In this document: positions 8,501 to 16,500 of the stretch, in pieces | How positions within the stretch are numbered: position 1 is the stretch's first letter | How the letters are laid out: every line of letters begins with the position of its first letter | NCBI GenBank assembly: GCA_031375795.1 | Contig: JANMIM010000558.1 | Span: forward strand, 1 to 30,470 | Length of the DNA: 30,470 nucleotides | Source: Bacteroidota bacterium | Lineage (GTDB): Bacteria > Bacteroidota > Bacteroidia > J057 > JADKCL01 | Reading direction: 5' to 3' | Made by a program: the position numbers and the translations under genes | Notes under the pieces: generated by a model | Database searches by the model: none | What the model was told of the DNA's origin: nothing | The model's input: only the letters and a program-made list of their open reading frames with translations

Positions 8501-10254
8501 GGACTGCCCCCACTCACACTCAAACTCACACTCCCATTTGCGGCGCCGTTGCAGGTGATGTCAGTGGGCGTGGCTGTGGCGCTGATGCTCGGGGCGACGT
8601 TCACCTGTACCGTGTCGGCTGCTTGGCAGCCGTAGGTGTTGGTAACGGTGACCTCATAGGGGCCGGTGACGCCGACGGTGATCGAGGCGACGGATGCGCC
8701 TGTGTTCCAGGCATAGGCCGGGCCGACGTTGCCGGCGTGGCCAGGCAAGGCCGCGTTCAGGAAGGCATTGGTGCCGCCGCAGATGTTGCGGGTGCCGCCG
8801 AGGTTCACGACGGGCGCGGGCGATTTTTCAAAGACAACCGAGTCGCGGTTGGCGCAGCCATTCGCATCGGTGACTTGGACCCAGACGGTGTCGTAGGTCA
8901 CCGTGGTGTCGCTGTGCAGCAGGTTGATGATCTGCGTCGTGGCAGCGGTGCTCCAGAGGAAGGTAGATCCGGCATTGGCGGCATCGAGGGGCTGGGGCAC
9001 ATTGGCGCAGGCGGTGACGGTGTCTTGGCCGAGGGCGAGGTTTACGAAGGGCAGGCCATGGCGCGTGACGATGATCGTATCGCGGTTGATGCAGCCGCGG
9101 TTGTTGGTGATCTCGACCCAGAGCGTGTCGGTGATGTTCACATAAACGGTTTGAGTCGTGGCGCCTGTATTCCAGAGATATGTATAACCCACGCCGCTTC
9201 CTGCATTTAGCAAGACTGAATCACCAGCGCAAAAGCTGGTATCGGCCCCAAGGCTGTCGATTGGAGGATTGGCGCAGTCGAAGTCGGCGATGGTATAACG
9301 CACAGTATCTGACGTGATGCCTTGAATATTCGGCGCGGTGACTTTGGCGAGGTTGGTGTCCACGGTGCTGGTGACAATGTTCCAGGTCGCGCCATCGTCG
9401 GTGGAGCGGAACATGCGCAGATTGCCTTTTTGGCCGTGCCCATTGGTCTCGGTGGTGTCGAGATAGACCGATTGGCCAAAGGCGGCCACGATCGATCCAT
9501 TGCTGTTGCGCACATCGTAATAGCGCTCGATGCTGCCGTCTGCGGCTGTCGCCTGCGAGGAGAAATAGCGCCGCACGAGGACGGAGTCTTGTAGGTTATT
9601 GAAGGTCAATCCCAAACGCGCTGGGCTGCGCAAACTGCTGTTCAGGAACTGCTTTACTTGCAAGTAGCCCGTGCCGCCATAGATCCGATTGATGTCGGTC
9701 TCGCCCACGATCGTGGAGGCCGTGTCCTTGTTGTTGAAAATGATGCTAGCGCTGCCCACATTCAGATCGCCAGTGTTCATTTTCAACTTGTTGAACATGG
9801 TAACTTGGTTGGTGAGATCGACCTTTTGGGTTGCAAGCACCTTGGAGATTTCCAAACTGTAGAAATTGATCTTACCCACGCCGCCCACGAGTTGCGGAAA
9901 GCCTTGGTCGGCCACCACGGCCCCACGCGAGCGCAGCAAGGGATTCAAATCCACGTAGAATGGCAGCTGGGTGAGGTTGTTGTTCAGGAAATTGCCCGTG
10001 AAATACAAAGCAGAGTTGGGCACTTGGTTCAGCTTGCCAGCGCCGGCGTTGTAGATCACATTGCCTTGGGTATAGAGCGTATCGTTGATGCCACTGAGCA
10101 CGATGTCGCCTGCGATGTAGAGATCCACCTGTGAATGCAGAGTGAGTGGGAGCGTGAGAGCGAGTGCGAGGAAAACTCCTCGGAGCCGGGTAACAAGCAG
10201 CCGTATCGTGGGGCGAAGGTATTTCATGGCGATATGTGGGTAGATACCTTTCAA
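5554..10254 (-). CDS. T9SS cargo with type A CTD: N-terminal beta-helix-like region, 3 short Ig-like repeats, 11 SprB-type repeats, 1 PKD
   Basis: Signal peptide ending LHS-Q. Eleven repeats of the form C.G...G.I.L.V.GG..PY.Y.WSNGAT..DL..L.AG.Y.VTVTD..GC. C-terminus VAVFPNPNMGSFAV...VIDMQGRIV...AAGVYLVNIQ...VRIVKF is the type A (Por secretion tail) pattern. The likely start is ATG 10227 (MKYLRP); the track start at 10254 is TTG. Confidence 0.92.
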   Translation of the reverse strand: MKGIYPHIAMKYLRPTIRLLVTRLRGVFLALALTLPLTLHSQVDLYIAGDIVLSGINDTLYTQGNVIYNAGAGKLNQVPNSALYFTGNFLNNNLTQLPFYVDLNPLLRSRGAVVADQGFPQLVGGVGKINFYSLEISKVLATQKVDLTNQVTMFNKLKMNTGDLNVGSASIIFNNKDTASTIVGETDINRIYGGTGYLQVKQFLNSSLRSPARLGLTFNNLQDSVLVRRYFSSQATAADGSIERYYDVRNSNGSIVAAFGQSVYLDTTETNGHGQKGNLRMFRSTDDGATWNIVTSTVDTNLAKVTAPNIQGITSDTVRYTIADFDCANPPIDSLGADTSFCAGDSVLLNAGSGVGYTYLWNTGATTQTVYVNITDTLWVEITNNRGCINRDTIIVTRHGLPFVNLALGQDTVTACANVPQPLDAANAGSTFLWSTAATTQIINLLHSDTTVTYDTVWVQVTDANGCANRDSVVFEKSPAPVVNLGGTRNICGGTNAFLNAALPGHAGNVGPAYAWNTGASVASITVGVTGPYEVTVTNTYGCQAADTVQVNVAPSISATATPTDITCNGAANGSVSLSVSGGSPAFTYLWSNSATSQNLSNLGPGTYNVTVTDALGCLANASAVVTQPSVLAHTMARTNVTCNGAADGTVGVSATGGTPSYTYLWSNGATTSSQSNLGPGTYSVTVTDTNGCNFADSRVITEPAILGISLVSQQNISCSSGNNGQIDISVSGGTTAYSYVWSNGATTQDVTGLGAGTYGITVTDANGCQTIASYVITPPTTLSATETHVDVLCNAGTTGSIDLSVTGGSPAYTYQWSNAATTEDLSGIGAGSFTVTVTDISGCTATQSVTIAEPSAIVVTATTVDAACGQSNGSAAAHVTGGTPGYTYNWPTVGSTLDSIFGIPAGIYKVLVTDANGCIDSVSAAVSNLGAPTVTLDSASNVSCNGGADGDINVSLVGGVSPFTYLWTNGATTLSIASLAAGTYDLTVTAFDGCQAFLSHLITEPTALTSAGIVTDENCFGGATGAVDFIPGGGILPYAYLWSNGATSQDLSALIAGTYSVVLTDSNGCTLNDTFAVIEPTALVLSNTAVNISCGGGTDGSIDLTVSGGTPAYTYVWSSGQISEDPSGLIAGTYYVTVTDQGGCATIDSATISEPSVISLAIDSTDVLCNGGNDGTIDLTATGGTLPYAYLWSNSATTEDLSGLAPGNYSVAVTDSLGCTASIATSIGEPTLLTASLSATDVHCGGNANGAAIALVAGGTGNYQFSWSNGDTTSSINALAAGSYALTVTDDNGCTVTGSVTVIEPPTLSFASTIVDVTCRDQADGSIIVTPFGGSMPYTYAWNNGATTSSLIGVAAGDYILALTDSAGCVYRDTMTVDQGDSALQARFLMASVVNAGDTVYFLEFSTPVPTTTYWDFGDGTGDSTSYPWHIYANDTLVDTSYYQVSLATANAWCADTVVKTIRVVNGSGKYNQGPDQNGVGDILNVAVFPNPNMGSFAVNIALKRAMDAKVQVIDMQGRIVTQRKLTGDQRYHVDFVLDNKIAAGVYLVNIQVNESQKMVRIVKF
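6120..8590 (-). repeat. Array of 11 SprB-type repeats (about 75 aa each, one Cys pair per repeat)
   Basis: Counted in the translation from ISATATPTDITCNG to YRDTMTVDQG; boundaries approximate. Confidence 0.85.
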
Positions 10255-10258
10255 GATC

Positions 10259-11434
10259 TTAGAGCTTGATTATGTAAGCGAGGACGTAGTAGGGCGGGCG
10301 GTTTTCATGCGTTTCGCCGAGGCCCCGGCTATTGGTCGTAAATTGGTGACTGTGCCACCCGTCAGTGACCGTGGATCCATAGCCATTGATGCCACAGCCG
10401 GAGCAGCTTACACTGGACACTGTAATGTTGGTGGAACCCGTGCCTCCACCACCATCATCATACCCAATGCTATGGTCATGCGAGCCATCTGTATCCGTAT
10501 TCCCAGTATGGGTATGCGTGGGCATTTGCGCCGTGGTGAGTGCAATTGAATCCACTCCTCCATTTTTACCGATCGTATTGTATTGAGAAAAATTCTTATC
10601 ACCGTTGGTATAACCGTAGTTGTTGCCATCTCCGTTGGTGAGGCCCACGACGAAGCGGCCACGCAAGTCGGGTGTGCCATTGCGGCCATCGCAGAGCGCC
10701 CAGCCTTCATATTCAGTCCCTGTGACCCCTAAACCACCAGTGAAATTGCCTGAGACAGTGCCTGACCACATAATGATGCCACCTGTGGGCACGACACCTT
10801 CGCCAATGTACTTGGTGGCGGTTACGTTGCCATCTACAAGTACATTGCTATGAAACCGCGCCCTGCTCTTGACATCCAAACCATAGCCTCCAGCGGTGCG
10901 GGTGGCAAGACCGATGCCGACCCAAGTTTGCACGATAATGCTCGAACTATTGGGGGCCACGCTGTCTTGCGTCCAGCTCGCACTGCCAAATGCAGCATTG
11001 CCGACCACCGTGAGCTTGGAGCCTGGATTCACGTTGGCTGCGGTACCAATGCCGACATTGCCGGGCACACCGGAGTAGATGTGCGTTCCCACGACCGGGC
11101 TCGCGCCAGCCACATCCTTGCGGATCCAGTCATGGTCCAGCTCAAACCACTGCCTGGGCGACTGGTGGAAGTAATAATACTTCTGCAAGTCGGTATCGAA
11201 GAAAATGAGGCCGTGGGCAATGTTTTGTGTGCTGTCGAGCACCACGCGGCTTCCCGAACTGATCTTGGGAATGATCAAGCCCTTGTTGTTGCCCGCGCCC
11301 GCCGAGATGTGCAGCATGGCTGAGGGATGGGGCGTGGTGGTGCCGACACCGATTTGGGAATAGACTCCCATATTTACCGTCAAGCATAGGTACAGCAAGA
11401 GAAACGGTGCAATTGAAGATTTGGTGAATTTCAT
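10259..11434 (-). CDS. Exported tail-fibre-like protein: signal peptide, Bacteroidota (V/I)G(I/V)GT fibre region, C-terminal phage tail-collar domain with His-x-His motifs
   Basis: Signal peptide ending VYS-Q. QIGVGTTTPHPSAMLHI...GLIIPKI...GLIFFDTD...YYYF...W. GNVGIGT and VGIGL motifs. Collar pattern VPTGGIIMWSG...GWALCDGRNGTPDLRGRFVVG...GG...L...QMPTHTH...HENRPPYYVLAYIIKL. Confidence 0.85.
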   Translation of the reverse strand: MKFTKSSIAPFLLLYLCLTVNMGVYSQIGVGTTTPHPSAMLHISAGAGNNKGLIIPKISSGSRVVLDSTQNIAHGLIFFDTDLQKYYYFHQSPRQWFELDHDWIRKDVAGASPVVGTHIYSGVPGNVGIGTAANVNPGSKLTVVGNAAFGSASWTQDSVAPNSSSIIVQTWVGIGLATRTAGGYGLDVKSRARFHSNVLVDGNVTATKYIGEGVVPTGGIIMWSGTVSGNFTGGLGVTGTEYEGWALCDGRNGTPDLRGRFVVGLTNGDGNNYGYTNGDKNFSQYNTIGKNGGVDSIALTTAQMPTHTHTGNTDTDGSHDHSIGYDDGGGGTGSTNITVSSVSCSGCGINGYGSTVTDGWHSHQFTTNSRGLGETHENRPPYYVLAYIIKL

Positions 11435-11451
11435 ATTCGAATTCCGATGAA

Positions 11452-13500
11452 TTATTCCGCCACGATAGTCAATGTGATGGGAGCCGACTTGGCAAAATTG
11501 CCAACCTTGTCAAACACCCGAATTTCATAATAATATGTGCTGCCCTTCTTCAAGCCGGTGTCGGTGACTTTGTAATCCTTCACCAGACCTGAAACAGGCA
11601 GAAATTGATCTTTTCCTTCCTTGCGATAGACCATGCAGCCGATCACGTCGTCGCTCTTGGGCAATGTCCAAGTGATCGTGGCGTCGGGCTTGCCTTTGGC
11701 ATGCTTGATCTCGATGTCTTGCGGTACCGCCTTCACCCGCATGGTGGTCACGCTGCCCATGAATGCCTGCGATTTCCCAGAGCGATTGCCTGCATTGTCG
11801 AAAGATTGCACACAGTAATAATAGCTCACACCAGCCTCGATGTTGCGGTCGGCATAAGCTGTGTCTTTGGCGCCCAACGGTCGCTCCATGAGCGGTTTCC
11901 AAATACTGTCTGGACCCGACTCTTTGGTGGAACGGTACACAATATAGCCCGCCAAATCAGACTCCATGCCGGGCAGCCACACGATGCGCAGCGACTCAGC
12001 CTCCTTGCGGATGCTCTTGACGGTCGGCGTTTGCGGTGGCTCCGGGTCGGGCAAGATGGCCATCGCAGGTGCGCTCATCACGCTCTGGTTGTAGCTCGTA
12101 TCGACGGCCTTCACGAAGTACACGAATTGGTTTTTGGCAACCTTGGGCAAGGTGTCGTTGTAGGCAGCGGTGGTGAGGGCGGCCGGGGTGACGAGGATGG
12201 TATCGCCCTGGATCGTCGTCTTGGCCATGCGGTACACAAGGTAGCCAGCCAGGTCCTTTTCCGGATTGGGAAACCACGTGAGCTTGATCACGCCCGTGTC
12301 GGCAACTGCCTTGAGGTTGCGCACTGCGACGGGCGGCTTGATGTCAAAGACTTGGATCGAGCGGCCTTCTGTGCGGTTTTCATTGCCGGCTTTGTCGAGG
12401 GTGCCGATGGCGTAGGTATAGGCGACGCCGACCTCGGGCACGGTTTCCTCATACTTGCGCAGGCTCACGGCGAGCGGCTGCTTGTTGAGCTTGGTGAAGA
12501 CGCTGTCGCTGCCATTGAGGCGGTAGATGTTGAAGCCTTCGACGCCTTTGGCGTTGGGGAGGTCCCAAGTGGCGGTGACTTTGTCGACCGCCACTTGCAG
12601 CTCAAACTTGCTCACTTGCGCGGGCGGCGTCTTGTCGACCGGCGTGAGCTTGACCTCGCTGCTCGCCTCGGTTTCGAAACCAAAGAAGTCCACGCCCTTG
12701 ATCATGCAGGTATAGGTGGTGCCGTTTTGGAGGCTGTCTGCGAAAAAGAGCCATTCGGCAAATTTGGCTTCACCGCCTTTTTGGGGCACTTTGCTCGGCA
12801 GGATGATCTTTCGGTTGAAGCGCTGCCAGCTTCCGCCGCCGATTTTGTAATAGATGTGTGCCCCGGTGAGCCGCGTTTGGTCGGGATTCCAGGAGAAAAA
12901 CAGCTTGCCGTCGCCTTCCTTCGTTCTTAACTCGGTCGGGGCTGGGCCGCGCTGCAATTTGCCTGCTTTCACATAGCCCGATTGGCCGTAGCTGATCTCT
13001 GATCCGCCTGCGACTTCCTTGACCTCGTAGCGGTATTCTTTGCCGGGCTGGGCGCTCTTGTCGTGGTAAATGATGCCGAGGTAATTGGAAAATTCGCGGC
13101 TCTCGACGGCGTTGGTGAGGACCAAGGCGAGGCCGATGCCTTCCAATTTGTCTTTCTCCCGCATGCCGTCGGCGAGTTCCTTGGTGCGCTTGAGACCGGG
13201 ATTTTGGGCAATGGCGGCACTCATGTCGGCTTGGCCGTAAGTGAATGGCGCCGAATTCAACAGCTTCCATTCCCCTGCACCTGCCTCCTGCCGGTAAATA
13301 TTGATCCCGTTTTTGCTCTTGAGATTGGGTTCGGTCCAGCGCACCCACACACCACCGTCGTCGGGCATCGCCAAGACCTTACGCTGCCCATAGCCCGCCT
13401 GTGCCAGCAAAACCAGCAGCACCGCAACCCCAATATGTTTCAAAACGCCATTCATTGTCTTCTTTTCAGACTGCTGCTTTCGAGCAATCGTTTTTCGCAT
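11452..13500 (-). CDS. Exported fibronectin type III repeat protein (about 6 FN3-like domains), no T9SS CTD
   Basis: Repeated PP..P..L......V.L.W ... G[YF].[IV]YR ... Y.D......Y.Y.V...D...N.S patterns. Hydrophobic stretch IGVAVLLVLLAQAGYG-Q. ATG 13500 overlaps the upstream TGA (TGATG); ATG 13455 is the alternative. The track start is 13509. Confidence 0.88.
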   Translation of the reverse strand: MRKTIARKQQSEKKTMNGVLKHIGVAVLLVLLAQAGYGQRKVLAMPDDGGVWVRWTEPNLKSKNGINIYRQEAGAGEWKLLNSAPFTYGQADMSAAIAQNPGLKRTKELADGMREKDKLEGIGLALVLTNAVESREFSNYLGIIYHDKSAQPGKEYRYEVKEVAGGSEISYGQSGYVKAGKLQRGPAPTELRTKEGDGKLFFSWNPDQTRLTGAHIYYKIGGGSWQRFNRKIILPSKVPQKGGEAKFAEWLFFADSLQNGTTYTCMIKGVDFFGFETEASSEVKLTPVDKTPPAQVSKFELQVAVDKVTATWDLPNAKGVEGFNIYRLNGSDSVFTKLNKQPLAVSLRKYEETVPEVGVAYTYAIGTLDKAGNENRTEGRSIQVFDIKPPVAVRNLKAVADTGVIKLTWFPNPEKDLAGYLVYRMAKTTIQGDTILVTPAALTTAAYNDTLPKVAKNQFVYFVKAVDTSYNQSVMSAPAMAILPDPEPPQTPTVKSIRKEAESLRIVWLPGMESDLAGYIVYRSTKESGPDSIWKPLMERPLGAKDTAYADRNIEAGVSYYYCVQSFDNAGNRSGKSQAFMGSVTTMRVKAVPQDIEIKHAKGKPDATITWTLPKSDDVIGCMVYRKEGKDQFLPVSGLVKDYKVTDTGLKKGSTYYYEIRVFDKVGNFAKSAPITLTIVAE

Positions 13501-16500
13501 CAATAACATCTGTCTGGATCCTCAGGGAAGCTCACCGAGCCATTCTTGACCTCGACCCCGACCGTGAGACCGATTCCGGAGCCCAAAATGCTCACTTCAC
13601 CATGAAGCTTGCCAGCCATGCACAAGTTGTCGTTGATCTTGAAGCTGAGTTCGCCGCTTACATTGACTGAGGCAAATTCATAGCTGTCGGTCACGCCCAG
13701 GGCTGTGACATCCACCCCGGCCGAGGCACCTGCGTCTGCTGAGATCGAGCCAAAGATTGCGGGATCATCAAAAGAGAGCCCGATTTCGGCGGCCACATCG
13801 AGGTGCGCCTTGGCCCAAAAATCGATCGAGCCGATACCTGCATCAAAGCCCCCACTGGTCTCCGCATGCTTGTTGATCTCGCCATGGGCCAGCAAGCCCG
13901 AGGGCCGCGCCTTGATGTAGCCACTGCTGCTCAAGGCACTGATGCAACCCAGCTCCACCTCCAGTGGATTGTTTCGGGTGCCGACATCGATGGCCCAATC
14001 ACTGCGAGAGAAAAAGCCGTCGATCTTGCCCTTGGCGCAGATGGGCTTGATCGTGCCGAAATCGGTCTTCACCGACCCCGACTCTCCCTCTAGGTGAAAC
14101 TCCATTTTCTTCTGCTGCGGATAGATCTCCATTCCCCCAAAACCACGTGCGAGGTAGGAGGAATTCGGATCCAAGCGATACGTGAAGAACCAGCCGTTGC
14201 CGTCCATCGCGATCTTGCTCACGGCGCCGCTGTTTTGCACTTCCACCCGCAAGCCTGCCATGAACATCCATTGGTACATGTTTTCAGGCAAGCCGGGGAT
14301 GCTCGGAATCGGAGGAAGATTGGGCATCGGCGGCAGGTTGTAATTGGGCAACTTGATCTTGCAGAGCGCCAAGTCATCGACCAATTTGAGGTCGCAGATG
14401 CTCGGGATGTCGATGTTGAGGCCGATGCTGCATAGCTTTTTGCTGGAGCCATCGGGCATCTTGAGCTCCATGTCGCAGATATTGGGGAGGCTCGGGAGCA
14501 GCTTGCGCCAGTTGATGTTGCACAACGGCGGCTCCTGCCCATTCAGCGGATTTTTCAGGTCGCAATACTTGAAGCTGATGTTACACAACTTGCGGTTGGA
14601 ATTGGGCCACTTCAAGTCGCAGAAGTTGAAATTGGGCCAGTCGATGTCGAAGATGCTCATCTGGCAGAACTTCTTGCCCGAGATCGGCTCCTCGAGGTCG
14701 CAGAAATTGGGGATGAGGTCGCAAGGCTTCTCGTCGGTGAGCGGGAAGCGCAGGTCGCAAAACTTGAAGTTCACGTTGCAGAGCGACTGCCCATTGACCT
14801 TCCAATCGCAGACATTCGCATTCGGCCAATCGACTTCCCACCACTTGACCTCGCAAAGCGGCACCTGCTGAATAGCGCCATTGCGCATCACGGGCACGAT
14901 GATGTCGCACCAGTTGGCGGTGATGGCGCAGAGCTTGGTCCCATTGGGCAAGCGAAAGTCGCAGGGATTGGGCACGTCGGGGAAAATGTCGGGCCAGCTC
15001 CAATCGCAGAAGACGGAGTGACCGCCAGCCTGGCTCACGAATTGGCAGAGGTCGACTTTGGGGATGATGTCGCCGACGCTGAAGTTGCAGAGGGGCTTGA
15101 TGCCGGGAAATTTCCATTCGCAAACCGGTGGCAGCGTGGGCATGAGGTTGCACAGCTTCTTGTTGCACAGGGGGCCGTTGGCATCCTTGATGTCGCAAAA
15201 CTTGCCGCCGATGTCAAAAAATTCGCAGATGCCCGAGCCGTTGGGCAGCTTGAGGTCGCAGATATTGATCTCCGAGAATCCCAATTCGCCGAGCGTGTAG
15301 TCGCCCAGTTTCTTGCCGCTGGCAAGGCGCAAGTCGCAAAACTGCAACTGTGGCCAATTCACCTTGAAGAGATCGACATCGCACCAGCTTTTGGTTTTGA
15401 TGGCGCCATTGTCCAAGTAGGGCACGTGGATGTCGCAAAGGCTCAGGCCTTCCCATGGCCACCGAATGTAGGAACAGACGCTCTTGCCCTTGTATTGCAG
15501 GTCGCAAAGACCGGGAATGTTGGGCATGATGTCGCCGATGCTCGGCAGGCCCTCGGTGATCTTGATCGGGCCGCTTTTTTGTTTTTTGCCGCTCGGCGTG
15601 TCGTGCAGGCCGAGCTTGCCATACATGCCGAGTGCCACGCCGGGTGTCACGACCAATCCGTCGATGCAATTCACGCCATTGGCGGCGGCATTCAGGTTCC
15701 AGAAGTCATTGAATTGGTTGGGCTTGGCAAATGCCATGCCGGTTGGCGCTGCCAAATTGTGGTAGGCCTGAAAGTCAAAGCCATTGAGCGAAAATGCCGG
15801 GTAGGATTCGATCACTTTGTTGAGGCCCTGAGCGGCGCAACGCAGGTACCAGAATTTAGTCCCGTTGTTTTGAGAGATCACCACACGGGCCGTGGCTACA
15901 ATCGGATCGGGCTGCTTCACCATGATATTGCCCTTGGCCTCAAACCGGGTTCCAAACACAGGGTCATCGTCGATGTAATCTGCAAACACATCCATGTCCA
16001 CGAGGCTATTGCTCATCACGAGCTTGATCGGCCCGATCCTGAACTTGGCTGATTTGGCCTTGCCATCCACGCGTGTATAGACGATGTTGGGGGCGGCGGC
16101 ACCGCCTGTACCCGCCACAGAAACCTTTATGGGCGCGCCCGGGCAGGTGATGCCACCCGGCAGACTCACTTGCGTGAACATCGTGAAGCCGTAAACGCCG
16201 TTTTCATAAAAGGCACCCACCGCATCGGCCACGCCGCTCATTCCGCCGAGGCTCACAGGCACTTGTGTCGCCAGATCACGCTTGCCATTGGGCTCATTGA
16301 AACCGATCTCGTTGTTGCCCCAGACCTTGAGACCAGGGGCATGATCGAGCTTCACCTGCATTTTGGGCCACTCCAAGTCCACATTCATCTTGATGTGGTC
16401 GCCACCTTCAAACACCGCTTGATTGATGTCGAGCTTCACCTTGCTCAAGGTGTCGAGCGGATTGTAGGTCTTGGAAAATGCCTTGAGCGAGTCCTCATTG

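Noticed and set aside
5554-10254. Calling this gene sprB (gliding adhesin)
   Set aside because: It shares the repeat type only. It is far shorter than SprB, has a type A rather than type B CTD, and lacks sprC/sprD neighbours.
10259-11434. Prophage or contractile injection system suggested by the tail-collar domain; also the label 'microcystin-dependent protein'
   Set aside because: No sheath, tube, baseplate, capsid, terminase or integrase genes are in the window, and the protein has a signal peptide. The microcystin label is a generic name for collar-domain proteins with no support here.
14361-15506. Diversity-generating retroelement or shufflon acting on the repeats or the fibre tip
   Set aside because: No reverse transcriptase, invertase, template/variable repeat pair or inverted crossover sites were seen in the window.
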